From: Eledone cirrhosa
Taxonomy: Eukaryota
NCBI GenBank assembly: GCA_964016885.1
Contig: OZ024742.1
Coordinates: forward strand, 868,001 to 932,000
DNA: 64,000 nucleotides
Direction: 5' to 3'
In this document: piece after piece, positions 42,800 through 57,400 of the stretch
Layout: the number at the start of each line of letters is the position of its first letter
How positions within the stretch are numbered: position 1 is the first letter of the stretch
Notes under the pieces: generated by a model
Database searches by the model: none
Told to the model about the DNA's origin: nothing
Seen by the model: the letters and a program-made list of their open reading frames with translations, nothing else
Translations under genes and position numbers: made by a program

Positions 42800-43148
42800 T
42801 TATATGTGTGTTTTTGTTGTGCATACATATGTGGGTGTATATATATACCCGCATACACACACATACCCACATACGTATGCACAACAAACATACACATATA
42901 TATATACCCGCATACATACACATACCCACATACGTATGCACAACAAACATACACATATATATATATACCCGCATACACTCACATACACACATACGTATGC
43001 ACAACACACACAAACACACATATATAGACACACAAGATGAGTATATTATAAGGAATATAAAAGAAATTCTAAATTCTAAATATGGTAGCAGGGAAAACAG
43101 ACGTGAAATGTTCATACTTCATAAACCTACCCCACATACATGTATACA

Positions 43149-43708
43149 TGGTGGCTGCCAACTCGTTTTCGAGTACGGCCACTACTTTATATCCATGTAG
43201 GAGAACCCCTACCGATGCGCTGAACGAGTGTGACTTTTTAGTCCAGCCAGCGACTTGAAAACTCTGGTACAAACACTACACTTGTGACAATTATTGACAC
43301 ATAGTGCTGGGGCAATGGTACCATGTGACGACAAGTGCAGAGAGATCTCCAGATATAAAGCAATGCCTGTGCCGTGAAGCTTTTATAGTGAGCAAAGGCA
43401 CTGCACAAAGCCAGTCCCACTCTCTTAACCAAGATGATATTTACTAAAAAAAAACTAGTCATCATCATTGGATACCATCAGGGTTGCAGGTGTTATATCA
43501 GAGTTTTCCTTCTCCAAGAATTCTGCGTTGACAAAGGCTAAGGGGTCATCACTCCCGGTGATTTTGGATGGCCATTGACTCTTAAGAGCTCCTTTGACAG
43601 GTTTTGTTTTTAGTCCTGCAGGATGTCCAAAGTCACCCTCCTCACCAAGAAACCTTGGTGGGGTTGCCAGTTTAGTCGCCAACGACCCGACCATGAGACA
43701 GGTTGTAC
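43149..43708 (-). mobile_element. ~600-bp non-coding element (copy 3, missing ~40 nt at one end)
   Basis: Reverse complement of about 1451-2017. Confidence 0.85.
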
Positions 43709-43715
43709 ATGTATG

Positions 43716-43761
<46 letters not shown>

Positions 43762-43938
43762 TATATATATACACACACATATATATATATATACACACAC
43801 ATATATATATATATACACACACACACACATATATATATATACACAGACACATATATATATATATACACACACACATATATATATACACACACACATATAT
43901 ATATATATATATGTACACACACATATATATATATATAT

Positions 43939-44139
<201 letters not shown>

Positions 44140-44206
44140 TATATATATATACATATACACACATATATATATATATACACACACATATATATATATATAT
44201 ACACAT

Positions 44207-45103
44207 AACATACGTGAACGGCAAAGCATAAGCGAACTAAGGAAAAAATTAGAAATGTTGTTTACTCGAGAGAAGGCTACGTTGGTATGGTCACGTGATG
44301 CGCTTGAAAGACGACAGCTGTATAACAAGGTGCAGGGCAATAAAGATAGACGGTAGCTACGGAGTAGGCAGACCCAGAAAAGCCTGGGACGAGCTGATAA
44401 ATTCCGACCTCACACACTTACACCTCTCCAAGACAATCTCACTGGACCGAGACCTTTGGCAGTACTCAGTAATAGAGAAGACCCGCCTTACCTAAATACA
44501 AAGTAAAACCTACTACAGTCAGTAGGCATCTCTAACAAAATACACCCCCGGCCCACCACCGCCACCCCATCCACACCGCCCCATTCAATGTAAAGTTATG
44601 TTGGTGCCACAACATCCAGGCCGAAACAAATGAGATCGTTTAGGTGTCACAACAAAAAAACTCACAGTCCACGTTGTAATGTGGCCTTGTAGGCAACACA
44701 GTAAAAACCTCCCAGACCCACACTGTAAATGTGGTTGGTGTTAGGAAGGGCATCCAGCTGTAGAAAACCCACCAGACAGTCCACGCTGTAATGTGGCCAT
44801 GTAGGCAACACGGTAAAAACCTCCCAGTCCCACACTGTAAATGTGGTTGGTGTTAGGAAGGGCATCCAGCTGTAGAAAACCCACCAGACAGTCCACGCTG
44901 TAATGTGGCCGTGTAGGCAACACGGTAAAAACCTCCCAGTCCCACACTGTAAATGTGGTTGGTGTTAGGAAGGGCATCCAGCTGTAGAAAACCCGCCAGA
45001 CAGTCCTATGCGCGCAAGACAATCACTCTTGCCTCAAGTGGGAAAACTCCCGTCCAAACTCATGCAAGCATGGAACACGGACGTTAAACGTTGATGATGA
45101 TGA
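44207..45103 (+). mobile_element. RTE LINE family A fragment with a triplicated 112-bp 3' UTR segment
   Basis: Ends KTRLT* at 44495; ACAGTCC recurs at 44664, 44776, 44888 and 45000. Confidence 0.9.
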
Positions 45104-45491
45104 CACACATATATATATATATATATACACACACATATATATATATATATACACATACATATACATATATATACACATACATATACACACATATATATAT
45201 ATACATATATACAGACATGTATATATATATATATATATACACACAGAGAACAAGAGTGCATGAGTATAATAAACACACAAACACACACACATATGAATAT
45301 ATACGTGTGTGTATGTGTGTTTATTTTATATGTGTTTTGAAAGAGAAGAGAGACTATGTGTGTAGACAGTGTGTGTGTATATGAAGGAGAGAGTATGTGT
45401 GAGAATATATATACACACACATGGAATCCTTTACAAGTGAAGTACAACTACCACATTTGGGAAATTATTGCTGCTACACAGACCCTAGACT

Positions 45492-48400
45492 CAATAGGGT
45501 ACTGCTCCCTATCTGTGACAGTGGACATACACACAATAGGGTACTGCTCCCTATCTGTGACAGTGAGGCTACACACAATAGGGTACTGCTCCCTATCTGT
45601 GACAGTGGACATACACACAATAGGGTACTGCTCCCTATCTGTGACAGTGAGGCTACACACAATAGGGTACTGCTCCCTATCTGTGACAGTGGACATACAC
45701 ACAATAGGGTACTTCTCCCTATCTGTGACAGTGGGGCTACACACAATAGGGTACTGCTCCCTATCTGTGACAGTGGAGTTACACACAATAGGGTACTTCT
45801 CCCTATCTGTGACAGTGGAGCTACACACAATAGGGTACTGCTCCCTATCTGTGACAGTGGTCATACACACAATAGGGTACTGCTCCCTATCTGTGACAGT
45901 GGACATACACACAATAGAGTACTGCTCCCTATCTGTGACAGTGGAGCTACACACAATAGGGTACTGCTCCCTATCTGTGACATTGGACATACACACAATA
46001 GGGTACTGCTCCCTATCTGTGACACTGGGGCTACACACAATAGGGTACTGCTCTCTATCTGTGACAGTGAGGCTACACACAATAGGGTACTGCTCCCTAT
46101 CTGTGACAGTGGACATACACACAATAGGGTACTGCTCCCTATCTGTGACAGTGAGGCTACACACAATAGGGTACTGCTCCCTATCTGTGACAGTGAACAT
46201 ACAATAGGGTACTGCTCCCTATCTGTGACAGTGAGGCTACACACAATAGGGTACTGCTCCCTATCTGTGACAGTGGAGCTACACACAATAAGGTACTGCT
46301 CCCTATCTGTGACAGTGGAGCTACACACAATAGGGTACTGCTCCCTATCTGTGACAGTGGGGTTACACACAATAGGGTACTGCTCCCTATCTGTGACAGT
46401 GGGGCTACACACAATAGGGTACTGCTCCCTATCTGTGACAGTGGGGCTACGCACAATAGGGTACTGCTACCTATCTGTGACAGTGGGGCTACACACAATA
46501 GGGTACTTCTCCCTTTCTGTGACAGTGGACATACACACAATAGGGTACTGCTCCCTATCTGTGACAGTGGACATACACACAATAGGGTACTGCTCCCTAT
46601 CTGTGACAGTGGGGCTACACACAATAGGGTACTGCTCCCTATCTGTGACAGTGGGGCTACACACAATAGAGTACTGCTCCCTATCTGTGACAGTGGACAT
46701 ACACACAATAGGGTACTGCTCCCTATCTGTGACAGTGTGGCTACACACAATAGGGTACTGCTCCCTATCTGTGACAGTGGACATACACACAATAGGGTAC
46801 TGCTCCCTATCTGTGACAGTGGGGCTACACACAATAGGGTACTGCTCCCTATCTGTGACAGTGGACATACACACAATAGGGTACTGCTCCCTATCTGTGA
46901 CAGTGGGGCTACACACAATAGGGTACTGCTCCCTATCTGTGACAGTGGGTCTACACACAATAGAGTACTGCTCCCTATCTGTGACAGTGGACATACACAC
47001 AATAGGGTACTGCTCCCTATCTGTGACAGTGGGGCTACACACAATAGGGTACTGCTCCCTATCTGTGACAGTGGGGCTACACACAATAGAGTACTGCTCC
47101 CTATCTGTGACAGTGGACATACACACAATAGGGTACTGCTCCCTATCTGTGACAGTGGACATACACACAATAGGGTACTGCTCCCTATCTGTGACAGTGG
47201 GGCTACACACAATAGGGTACTGCTCCCTATCTGTGACAGTGGACATACACACAATAGGGTACTGCTCCCTATCTGTGACAGTGGGGCTACACACAATAGG
47301 GTACTGCTCCCTATCTGTGACAGTGGGGCTACACACAATAGAGTACTGCTCCCTATCTGTGACAGTGGACATACACACAATAGGGTACTGCTCCCTATCT
47401 GTGACAGTGGGGCTACACACAATAGGGTACTGCTCCCTATCTGTGACAGTGGACATACACACAATAGGGTACTGCTCCCTATCTGTGACAGTGGGGCTAC
47501 ACACAATAGGGTACTGCTCCCTATCTGTGACAGTGGACATACACACAATAGGGTACTGCTCCCTATCTGTGACAGTGGGGCTACACACAATAGGGTACTG
47601 CTCCCTATCTGTGACAGTGGACATACACACAATAGGGTACTGCTCCCTATCTGTGACAGTGGGGCTACACACAATAGGGTACTGCTCCCTATCTGTGACA
47701 GTGGACATACACACAATAGGGTACTGCTCCCTATCTGTGACAGAGGGGCTACACACAATAGGGTACTGCTCCCTATCTGTGACAGTGGACATACACACAA
47801 TAGGGTACTGGTCCCTATCTGTGACAGTGGACATACACACAATAGGGTACTGCTCCCTATCTGTGACAGTGGGGCTACACACAATAGGGTACTGCTCCCT
47901 ATCTGTGACAGTGGACATACACTCAATAGGGTACTGCTCCGTATCTGTGACAGTGGGGCTACACACAATAGGGTACTGCTCCCTATCTGAGACAGTGGTA
48001 ATACACTCAATAGGGTACTGCTCCGTATCTGTGACAGTGGGGCTACACACAATAGGGTACTGCTCCCTATCTGTGACAGTGGGGCTACACACAATAGGGT
48101 ACTGCTCCCTATCTGTGACAGTGGGGCTACACTCAATAGGGTACTGCTCCCTATCTGTGACAGTGGTCATACACTCAATGGGGTACTGCTCCCTATCTGT
48201 GACAGTGGGGCTACACACAATAAGGTACTGCTCCCTATCTGTGACAGTGGACATACACTCAATAGGGTACTGCTCCCTATCTGTGACAGTGGGGCTACAC
48301 ACAATAAGGTACTGCTCCCTATCTGTGACAGTGGTCATACACTCAATGGGGTACTGCTCCCTATCTGTGACAGTGGGGCTACACACAATAAGGTACTGCT

Positions 48401-51400
48401 CCCTATCTGTGACAGTGGTCATACACTCAATGGGGTACTGCTCCCTATCTGTGACAGTGGGGCTACACACAATAGGGTACTGCTCCCTATCTGTGACAGT
48501 GGACATACACTCAATAGGGTACTGCTCCCTATCTGTGACAGTGGGGCTACACACAATAGGGTACTGCTCCCTATCTGTGACAGTGAGGCTACACACAATA
48601 GTGTACTGCTCCCTATCTGTGACAGTGGACATACACACAATAGGGTACTGCTCCCTATCTGTGACAGTGAGGCTACACACAATAGGGTACTGCTCCCTAT
48701 CTGTGACAGTGGACATACACACAATAGGGTACTGCTCCCTCTCTGTGACAGTGAGGCTACACACAATAGGGTACTGCTCCCTATCTGTGACAGTGGGGCT
48801 ACACACAATAGGGTACTGCTCTCTATCTGTGACAGTGGACATACACACAATAGGGTACTGCTCCCTATCTGTGACAGTGGGGCTACACACAATAGGGTAC
48901 TGCTCCCTATCTGTGACAGTGGACATACACACAATAGGGTACTGCTCCCTATCTGTGACAGTGGGGCTACACACAATAGGGTACTGCTCCCTATCTGTGA
49001 CGGTGGACATACACTCAATAGGGTACTGCTCCCTATCTGTGACAGTGGACATACACACAATAGGGTACTGCTCCGTATCTGTGACAGTGGTAATACACTC
49101 AATAGGGTACTGCTCCGTATCTGTGACAGTGGGGCTACACACAATAGGGTATTGCTCCCTATCTGTGACAGTGGTAATACACTCAATAGGGTACTGCTCC
49201 GTATCTGTGACAGTGGGGCTACACACAATAGGGTACTGCTCCCTATCTGTGACAGTGAGGCTACACACAATAGGGTACTGCTCCCTATCTGTGACAGTGG
49301 ACATACACACAATAGGGTACTGCTCCCTATGTGACAGTGAGGCTACACACAATAGGGTACTGCTCCCTATCTGTGACAGTGGAGCTACACACAATAGGGT
49401 ACTGCTCCCTATCTGTGACAGTGAGGCTACACACAATAGGGTACTGCTCCCTATCTGTGACAGTGGAGCTACACACAATAAGGTACTGCTCCCTATCTGT
49501 GACAGTGGAGCTACACACAATAGGGTACTGCTCCCTATCTGTGACAGTGGGGCTACACACAATAGGGTACTGCTCCCTATCTGTGACAGTGGGGCTACGC
49601 ACAATAGGGTACTGCTACCTATGTGTGACAGTGGGGCTACACACAATAGGGTACTGCTCCCTATCTGTGACAGTGGACATACACACAATAGGGTACTGCT
49701 CCATATCTGTGACAGTGGGGCTACACACAATAGGGTACTGCTCCCTATCTGTGACAGTGGAGCTACACACAATAAGGTACTGCTCCCTATCTGTGACAGT
49801 GAGGCTACACACAATAGGGTACTTCTCCCTTTCTGTGACAGTGGACATACACACAATAGGGTACTGCTCCCTATCTGTGACAGTGGAGCTACACACAATA
49901 GGGTACTGCTCCCTATCTGTGACAGTGGGGCTACGCACAATAGGGTACTGCTCCCTATCTGTGACAGTGAGGCTACACACAATAGGGTACTGCTCCCTAT
50001 CTGTGACAGTGGACATACACACAATAGGGTACTGTTCCCTATCTGTGACAGTGGACATACACACAATAGGGTTCTGCTCCCTATCTGTGACAGTGGGGCT
50101 ACGCACAATAGGGTACTGATGACTATCTGTGATAGTGGGGCTACACACAATAAGGTACTGCTCCCTATCTGTGACAGTGGACATACACTCAATAGGGTAC
50201 TGCTCCCTATCTGTGACAGTGAGGCTACACACTATAGGGTACTGCTCCCTATCTGTGACAGTGGGGCTACACACAATAGGGTACTGCTCCCTATCTGTGA
50301 CAGTGAGGCTACACACAATAGGGTACTGCTCCCTATCTGTGACAGTGAGGCTACACACAATAGGGTACTGCTCCCTATCTGTGACAGTGGACATACACAC
50401 AATAGGGTACTGCTCCCTATCTGTGACAGTGGACATACACACAATAGGTTACTGCTCCCTATCTGTGACAGTGGACATACACACAATAGGGTACTGCTCC
50501 CTATCTGTGACAGTGAGGCTACACACAATAGGGTACTGCTCCCTATCTGTGACAGTGGGGCTACACACAATAGGGTACTGCTCCCTATCTGTGACAGTGG
50601 AGCTACACACAATAGGGTACTGCTCCCTATCTGTGACAGTGGGGCTACACACAATAGGGTACTGCTCCCTATCTGTGACAGTGGGGCTACACACAATAGG
50701 GTACTGCTCCCTATCTGTGACAGTGGGGCTACACACAATAGGGTACTGCTCCCTATCTGTGACAGTGGACATACACACAATAGGGTACTGCTCCCTATCT
50801 GTGACAATGGACATACACACAATAGGGTACTGCTCCCTATCTGTGACAGTGGGGCTACACACAATAGGGTACTGCTCCCTATCTGTGACAGTGGACATAC
50901 ACACAATAGGGTACTGCTCCCTATCTGTGACAGTGGGGCTACACACAATAGGGTACTGCTCCCTATCTGTGACAGTGGACATACACGCAATAGGGTACTG
51001 CTCCGTATCTGTGACAGTGGGGCTACACACAATAGGGTACTGCTCCCTATCTGTGACAGTGGGGCTACACACAATAGGGTACTGCTCCCTATCTGAGACA
51101 GTGGTAATACACTCAATAGGGTACTGCTCCCTATCTGTGACAGTGGGGCTACAGACAATAGGGTACTGCTCCCTATCTGTGACAGTGAGGCTACACTCAA
51201 TAGGGTACTGCTCCCTATCTGTGACAGTGGACATACACTCAATGGGGTACTGCTCCCTATCTGTGACAGTGGGGCTACACACAATAAGGTACTGCTCCCT
51301 ATCTGTGACAGTGGACATACACTCAATAGGGTACTGCTCCCTATCTGTGACAGTGGGGCTACACACAATAGGGTACTGCTCCCTATCTGTGACAGTGGGG

Positions 51401-54400
51401 CTACACACAATAGGGTACTGCTCCCTATCTGTGACAGTGGACATACACACAATAGGGTACTGCTCCCTATCTGTGACAGTGAGGCTACACACAATAGGGT
51501 ACTGCTCCCTATCTGTGACAGTGGACATACACACAATAGGGTACTGCTCCCTCTCTGTGACAGTGAGGCTACACACAATAGGGTACTGCTCCCTATCTGT
51601 GACAGAGAGGCTACACACAATAGGGTACTGCTCCCTATCTGTGACAGTGGAGCTACACACAATAGGGTACTGCTCCCTATCTGTGACAGTGGGGCTACAC
51701 ACAATAGGGTACTGCTCCCTATCTGTGACAGTGGAGCTACACACAATAGGGTACTGCTCCCTATCTGTGACAGTGGGGCTACACACAATAGGGTACTGCT
51801 CCCTATCTGTGACAGTGGGGCTACACACAATAGGGTACTGCTCCCTATCTGTGACAGTGAGGCTACACACAATAGGGTACTGCTCCCTATCTGTGACAGT
51901 GAACATACACACAATAGGGTACTGCTCCCTATCTGTGACAGTGGACATACACACAATAGAGTACTGCTCCCTATCTGTGACACTGGGGCTACACACAATA
52001 GGGTACTGCTCCCTATCTGTGACAGTGGAGCTACACACAATAAGGTACTGCTCCCTATCTGTGACAGTGGAGCTACACACAATAGGGTACTGCTCCCTAT
52101 CTGTGACAGTGGGGTTACACACAATAGGGTACTGCTCCCTATCTGTGACAGTGGGGCTACACACAATAGGGTACTGCTCCCTATCTGTGACAGTGGGGCT
52201 ACGCACAATAGGGTACTGCTACCTATCTGTGACAGTGGGGCTACACACAATAGGGTACTTCTCCCTTTCTGTGACAGTGGACATACACACAATAGGGTAC
52301 TGCTCCCTATCTGTGACAGTGGACATACACACAATAGGGTACTGCTCCCTATCTGTGACAGTGGGGCTACACACAATAGGGTACTGCTCCCTATCTGTGA
52401 CAGTGGGGCTACACACAATAGAGTACTGCTCCCTATCTGTGACAGTGGACATACACACAATAGGGTACTGCTCCCTATCTGTGACAGTGGGGCTACACAC
52501 AATAGGGTACTGCTCCCTATCTGTGACAGTGGACATACACACAATAGGGTACTGCTCCCTATCTGTGACAGTGGGGCTACACACAATAGGGTACTGCTCC
52601 CTATCTGTGACAGTGGACATACACACAATAGGGTACTGCTCCCTATCTGTGACAGTGGGGCTACACACAATAGGGTACTGCTCCCTATCTGTGACAGTGG
52701 GTCTACACACAATAGAGTACTGCTCCCTATCTGTGACAGTGGACATACACACAATAGGGTACTGCTCCCTATCTGTGACAGTGGGGCTACACACAATAGG
52801 GTACTGCTCCCTATCTGTGACAGTGGGGCTACACACAATAGAGTACTGCTCCCTATCTGTGACAGTGGACATACACACAATAGGGTACTGCTCCCTATCT
52901 GTGACAGTGGACATACACACAATAGGGTACTGCTCCCTATCTGTGACAGTGGGGCTACACACAATAGGGTACTGCTCCCTATCTGTGACAGTGGACATAC
53001 ACACAATAGGGTACTGCTCCCTATCTGTGACAGTGGGGCTACACACAATAGGGTACTGCTCCCTATCTGTGACAGTGGGGCTACACACAATAGAGTACTG
53101 CTCCCTATCTGTGACAGTGGACATACACACAATAGGGTACTGCTCCCTATCTGTGACAGTGGGGCTACACACAATAGGGTACTGCTCCCTATCTGTGACA
53201 GTGGACATACACACAATAGGGTACTGCTCCCTATCTGTGACAGTGGGGCTACACACAATAGGGTACTGCTCCCTATCTGTGACAGTGGACATACACACAA
53301 TAGGGTACTGCTCCCTATCTGTGACAGTGGGGCTACACACAATAGGGTACTGCTCCCTATCTGTGACAGTGGACATACACACAATAGGGTACTGCTCCCT
53401 ATCTGTGACAGTGGGGCTACACACAATAGGGTACTGCTCCCTATCTGTGACAGTGGACATACACACAATAGGGTACTGCTCCCTATCTGTGACAGAGGGG
53501 CTACACACAATAGGGTACTGCTCCCTATCTGTGACAGTGGACATACACACAATAGGGTACTGGTCCCTATCTGTGACAGTGGGGCTACACACAATAGGGT
53601 ACTGCTCCCTATCTGTGACAGTGGACATACACTCAATAGGGTACTGCTCCGTATCTGTGACAGTGGGGCTACACACAATAGGGTACTGCTCCCTATCTGA
53701 GACAGTGGTAATACACTCAATAGGGTACTGCTCCGTATCTGTGACAGTGGGGCTACACACAATAGGGTACTGCTCCCTATCTGTGACAGTGGGGCTACAC
53801 ACAATAGGGTACTGCTCCCTATCTGTGACAGTGGGGCTACACTCAATAGGGTACTGCTCCCTATCTGTGACAGTGGTCATACACTCAATGGGGTACTGCT
53901 CCCTATCTGTGACAGTGGGGCTACACACAATAAGGTACTGCTCCCTATCTGTGACAGTGGACATACACTCAATAGGGTACTGCTCCCTATCTGTGACAGT
54001 GGGGCTACACACAATAAGGTACTGCTCCCTATCTGTGACAGTGGTCATACACTCAATGGGGTACTGCTCCCTATCTGTGACAGTGGGGCTACACACAATA
54101 AGGTACTGCTCCCTATCTGTGACAGTGGTCATACACTCAATGGGGTACTGCTCCCTATCTGTGACAGTGGGGCTACACACAATAGGGTACTGCTCCCTAT
54201 CTGTGACAGTGGACATACACTCAATAGGGTACTGCTCCCTATCTGTGACAGTGGGGCTACACACAATAGGGTACTGCTCCCTATCTGTGACAGTGAGGCT
54301 ACACACAATAGTGTACTGCTCCCTATCTGTGACAGTGGACATACACACAATAGGGTACTGCTCCCTATCTGTGACAGTGAGGCTACACACAATAGGGTAC

Positions 54401-57400
54401 TGCTCCCTATCTGTGACAGTGGACATACACACAATAGGGTACTGCTCCCTCTCTGTGACAGTGAGGCTACACACAATAGGGTACTGCTCCCTATCTGTGA
54501 CAGTGGGGCTACACACAATAGGGTACTGCTCTCTATCTGTGACAGTGGACATACACACAATAGGGTACTGCTCCCTATCTGTGACAGTGGGGCTACACAC
54601 AATAGGGTACTGCTCCCTATCTGTGACAGTGGACATACACACAATAGGGTACTGCTCCCTATCTGTGACAGTGGGGCTACACACAATAGGGTACTGCTCC
54701 CTATCTGTGACGGTGGACATACACTCAATAGGGTACTGCTCCCTATCTGTGACAGTGGACATACACACAATAGGGTACTGCTCCGTATCTGTGACAGTGG
54801 TAATACACTCAATAGGGTACTGCTCCGTATCTGTGACAGTGGGGCTACACACAATAGGGTATTGCTCCCTATCTGTGACAGTGGTAATACACTCAATAGG
54901 GTACTGCTCCGTATCTGTGACAGTGGGGCTACACACAATAGGGTACTGCTCCCTATCTGTGACAGTGAGGCTACACACAATAGGGTACTGCTCCCTATCT
55001 GTGACAGTGGACATACACACAATAGGGTACTGCTCCCTATGTGACAGTGAGGCTACACACAATAGGGTACTGCTCCCTATCTGTGACAGTGGAGCTACAC
55101 ACAATAGGGTACTGCTCCCTATCTGTGACAGTGAGGCTACACACAATAGGGTACTGCTCCCTATCTGTGACAGTGGAGCTACACACAATAAGGTACTGCT
55201 CCCTATCTGTGACAGTGGAGCTACACACAATAGGGTACTGCTCCCTATCTGTGACAGTGGGGCTACACACAATAGGGTACTGCTCCCTATCTGTGACAGT
55301 GGGGCTACGCACAATAGGGTACTGCTACCTATGTGTGACAGTGGGGCTACACACAATAGGGTACTGCTCCCTATCTGTGACAGTGGACATACACACAATA
55401 GGGTACTGCTCCATATCTGTGACAGTGGGGCTACACACAATAGGGTACTGCTCCCTATCTGTGACAGTGGAGCTACACACAATAAGGTACTGCTCCCTAT
55501 CTGTGACAGTGAGGCTACACACAATAGGGTACTTCTCCCTTTCTGTGACAGTGGACATACACACAATAGGGTACTGCTCCCTATCTGTGACAGTGGAGCT
55601 ACACACAATAGGGTACTGCTCCCTATCTGTGACAGTGGGGCTACGCACAATAGGGTACTGCTCCCTATCTGTGACAGTGAGGCTACACACAATAGGGTAC
55701 TGCTCCCTATCTGTGACAGTGGACATACACACAATAGGGTACTGTTCCCTATCTGTGACAGTGGACATACACACAATAGGGTTCTGCTCCCTATCTGTGA
55801 CAGTGGGGCTACGCACAATAGGGTACTGATGACTATCTGTGATAGTGGGGCTACACACAATAAGGTACTGCTCCCTATCTGTGACAGTGGACATACACTC
55901 AATAGGGTACTGCTCCCTATCTGTGACAGTGAGGCTACACACTATAGGGTACTGCTCCCTATCTGTGACAGTGGGGCTACACACAATAGGGTACTGCTCC
56001 CTATCTGTGACAGTGAGGCTACACACAATAGGGTACTGCTCCCTATCTGTGACAGTGAGGCTACACACAATAGGGTACTGCTCCCTATCTGTGACAGTGG
56101 ACATACACACAATAGGGTACTGCTCCCTATCTGTGACAGTGGACATACACACAATAGGTTACTGCTCCCTATCTGTGACAGTGGACATACACACAATAGG
56201 GTACTGCTCCCTATCTGTGACAGTGAGGCTACACACAATAGGGTACTGCTCCCTATCTGTGACAGTGGGGCTACACACAATAGGGTACTGCTCCCTATCT
56301 GTGACAGTGGAGCTACACACAATAGGGTACTGCTCCCTATCTGTGACAGTGGGGCTACACACAATAGGGTACTGCTCCCTATCTGTGACAGTGGGGCTAC
56401 ACACAATAGGGTACTGCTCCCTATCTGTGACAGTGGGGCTACACACAATAGGGTACTGCTCCCTATCTGTGACAGTGGACATACACACAATAGGGTACTG
56501 CTCCCTATCTGTGACAATGGACATACACACAATAGGGTACTGCTCCCTATCTGTGACAGTGGGGCTACACACAATAGGGTACTGCTCCCTATCTGTGACA
56601 GTGGACATACACACAATAGGGTACTGCTCCCTATCTGTGACAGTGGGGCTACACACAATAGGGTACTGCTCCCTATCTGTGACAGTGGACATACACGCAA
56701 TAGGGTACTGCTCCGTATCTGTGACAGTGGGGCTACACACAATAGGGTACTGCTCCCTATCTGAGACAGTGGTAATACACTCAATAGGGTACTGCTCCGT
56801 ATCTGTGACAGTGGGGCTACACACAATAGGGTACTGCTCCCTATCTGTGACAGTGGGGCTACACACAATAGGGTACTGCTCCCTATCTGAGACAGTGGTA
56901 ATACACTCAATAGGGTACTGCTCCCTATCTGTGACAGTGGGGCTACAGACAATAGGGTACTGCTCCCTATCTGTGACAGTGAGGCTACAGACAATAGGGT
57001 ACTGCTCCCTATCTGTGACAGTGGACATACACTCAATGGGGTACTGCTCCCTATCTGTGACAGTGGGGCTACACACAATAAGGTACTGCTCCCTATCTGT
57101 GACAGTGGACATACACTCAATAGGGTACTGCTCCCTATCTGTGACAGTGGGGCTACACACAATAGGGTACTGCTCCCTATCTGTGACAGTGGGGCTACAC
57201 ACAATAGGGTACTGCTCCCTATCTGTGACAGTGGACATACACACAATAGGGTACTGCTCCCTATCTGTGACAGTGAGGCTACACACAATAGGGTACTGCT
57301 CCCTATCTGTGACAGTGGACATACACACAATAGGGTACTGCTCCCTCTCTGTGACAGTGAGGCTACAGACAATAGGGTACTGCTCCCTATCTGTGACAGA

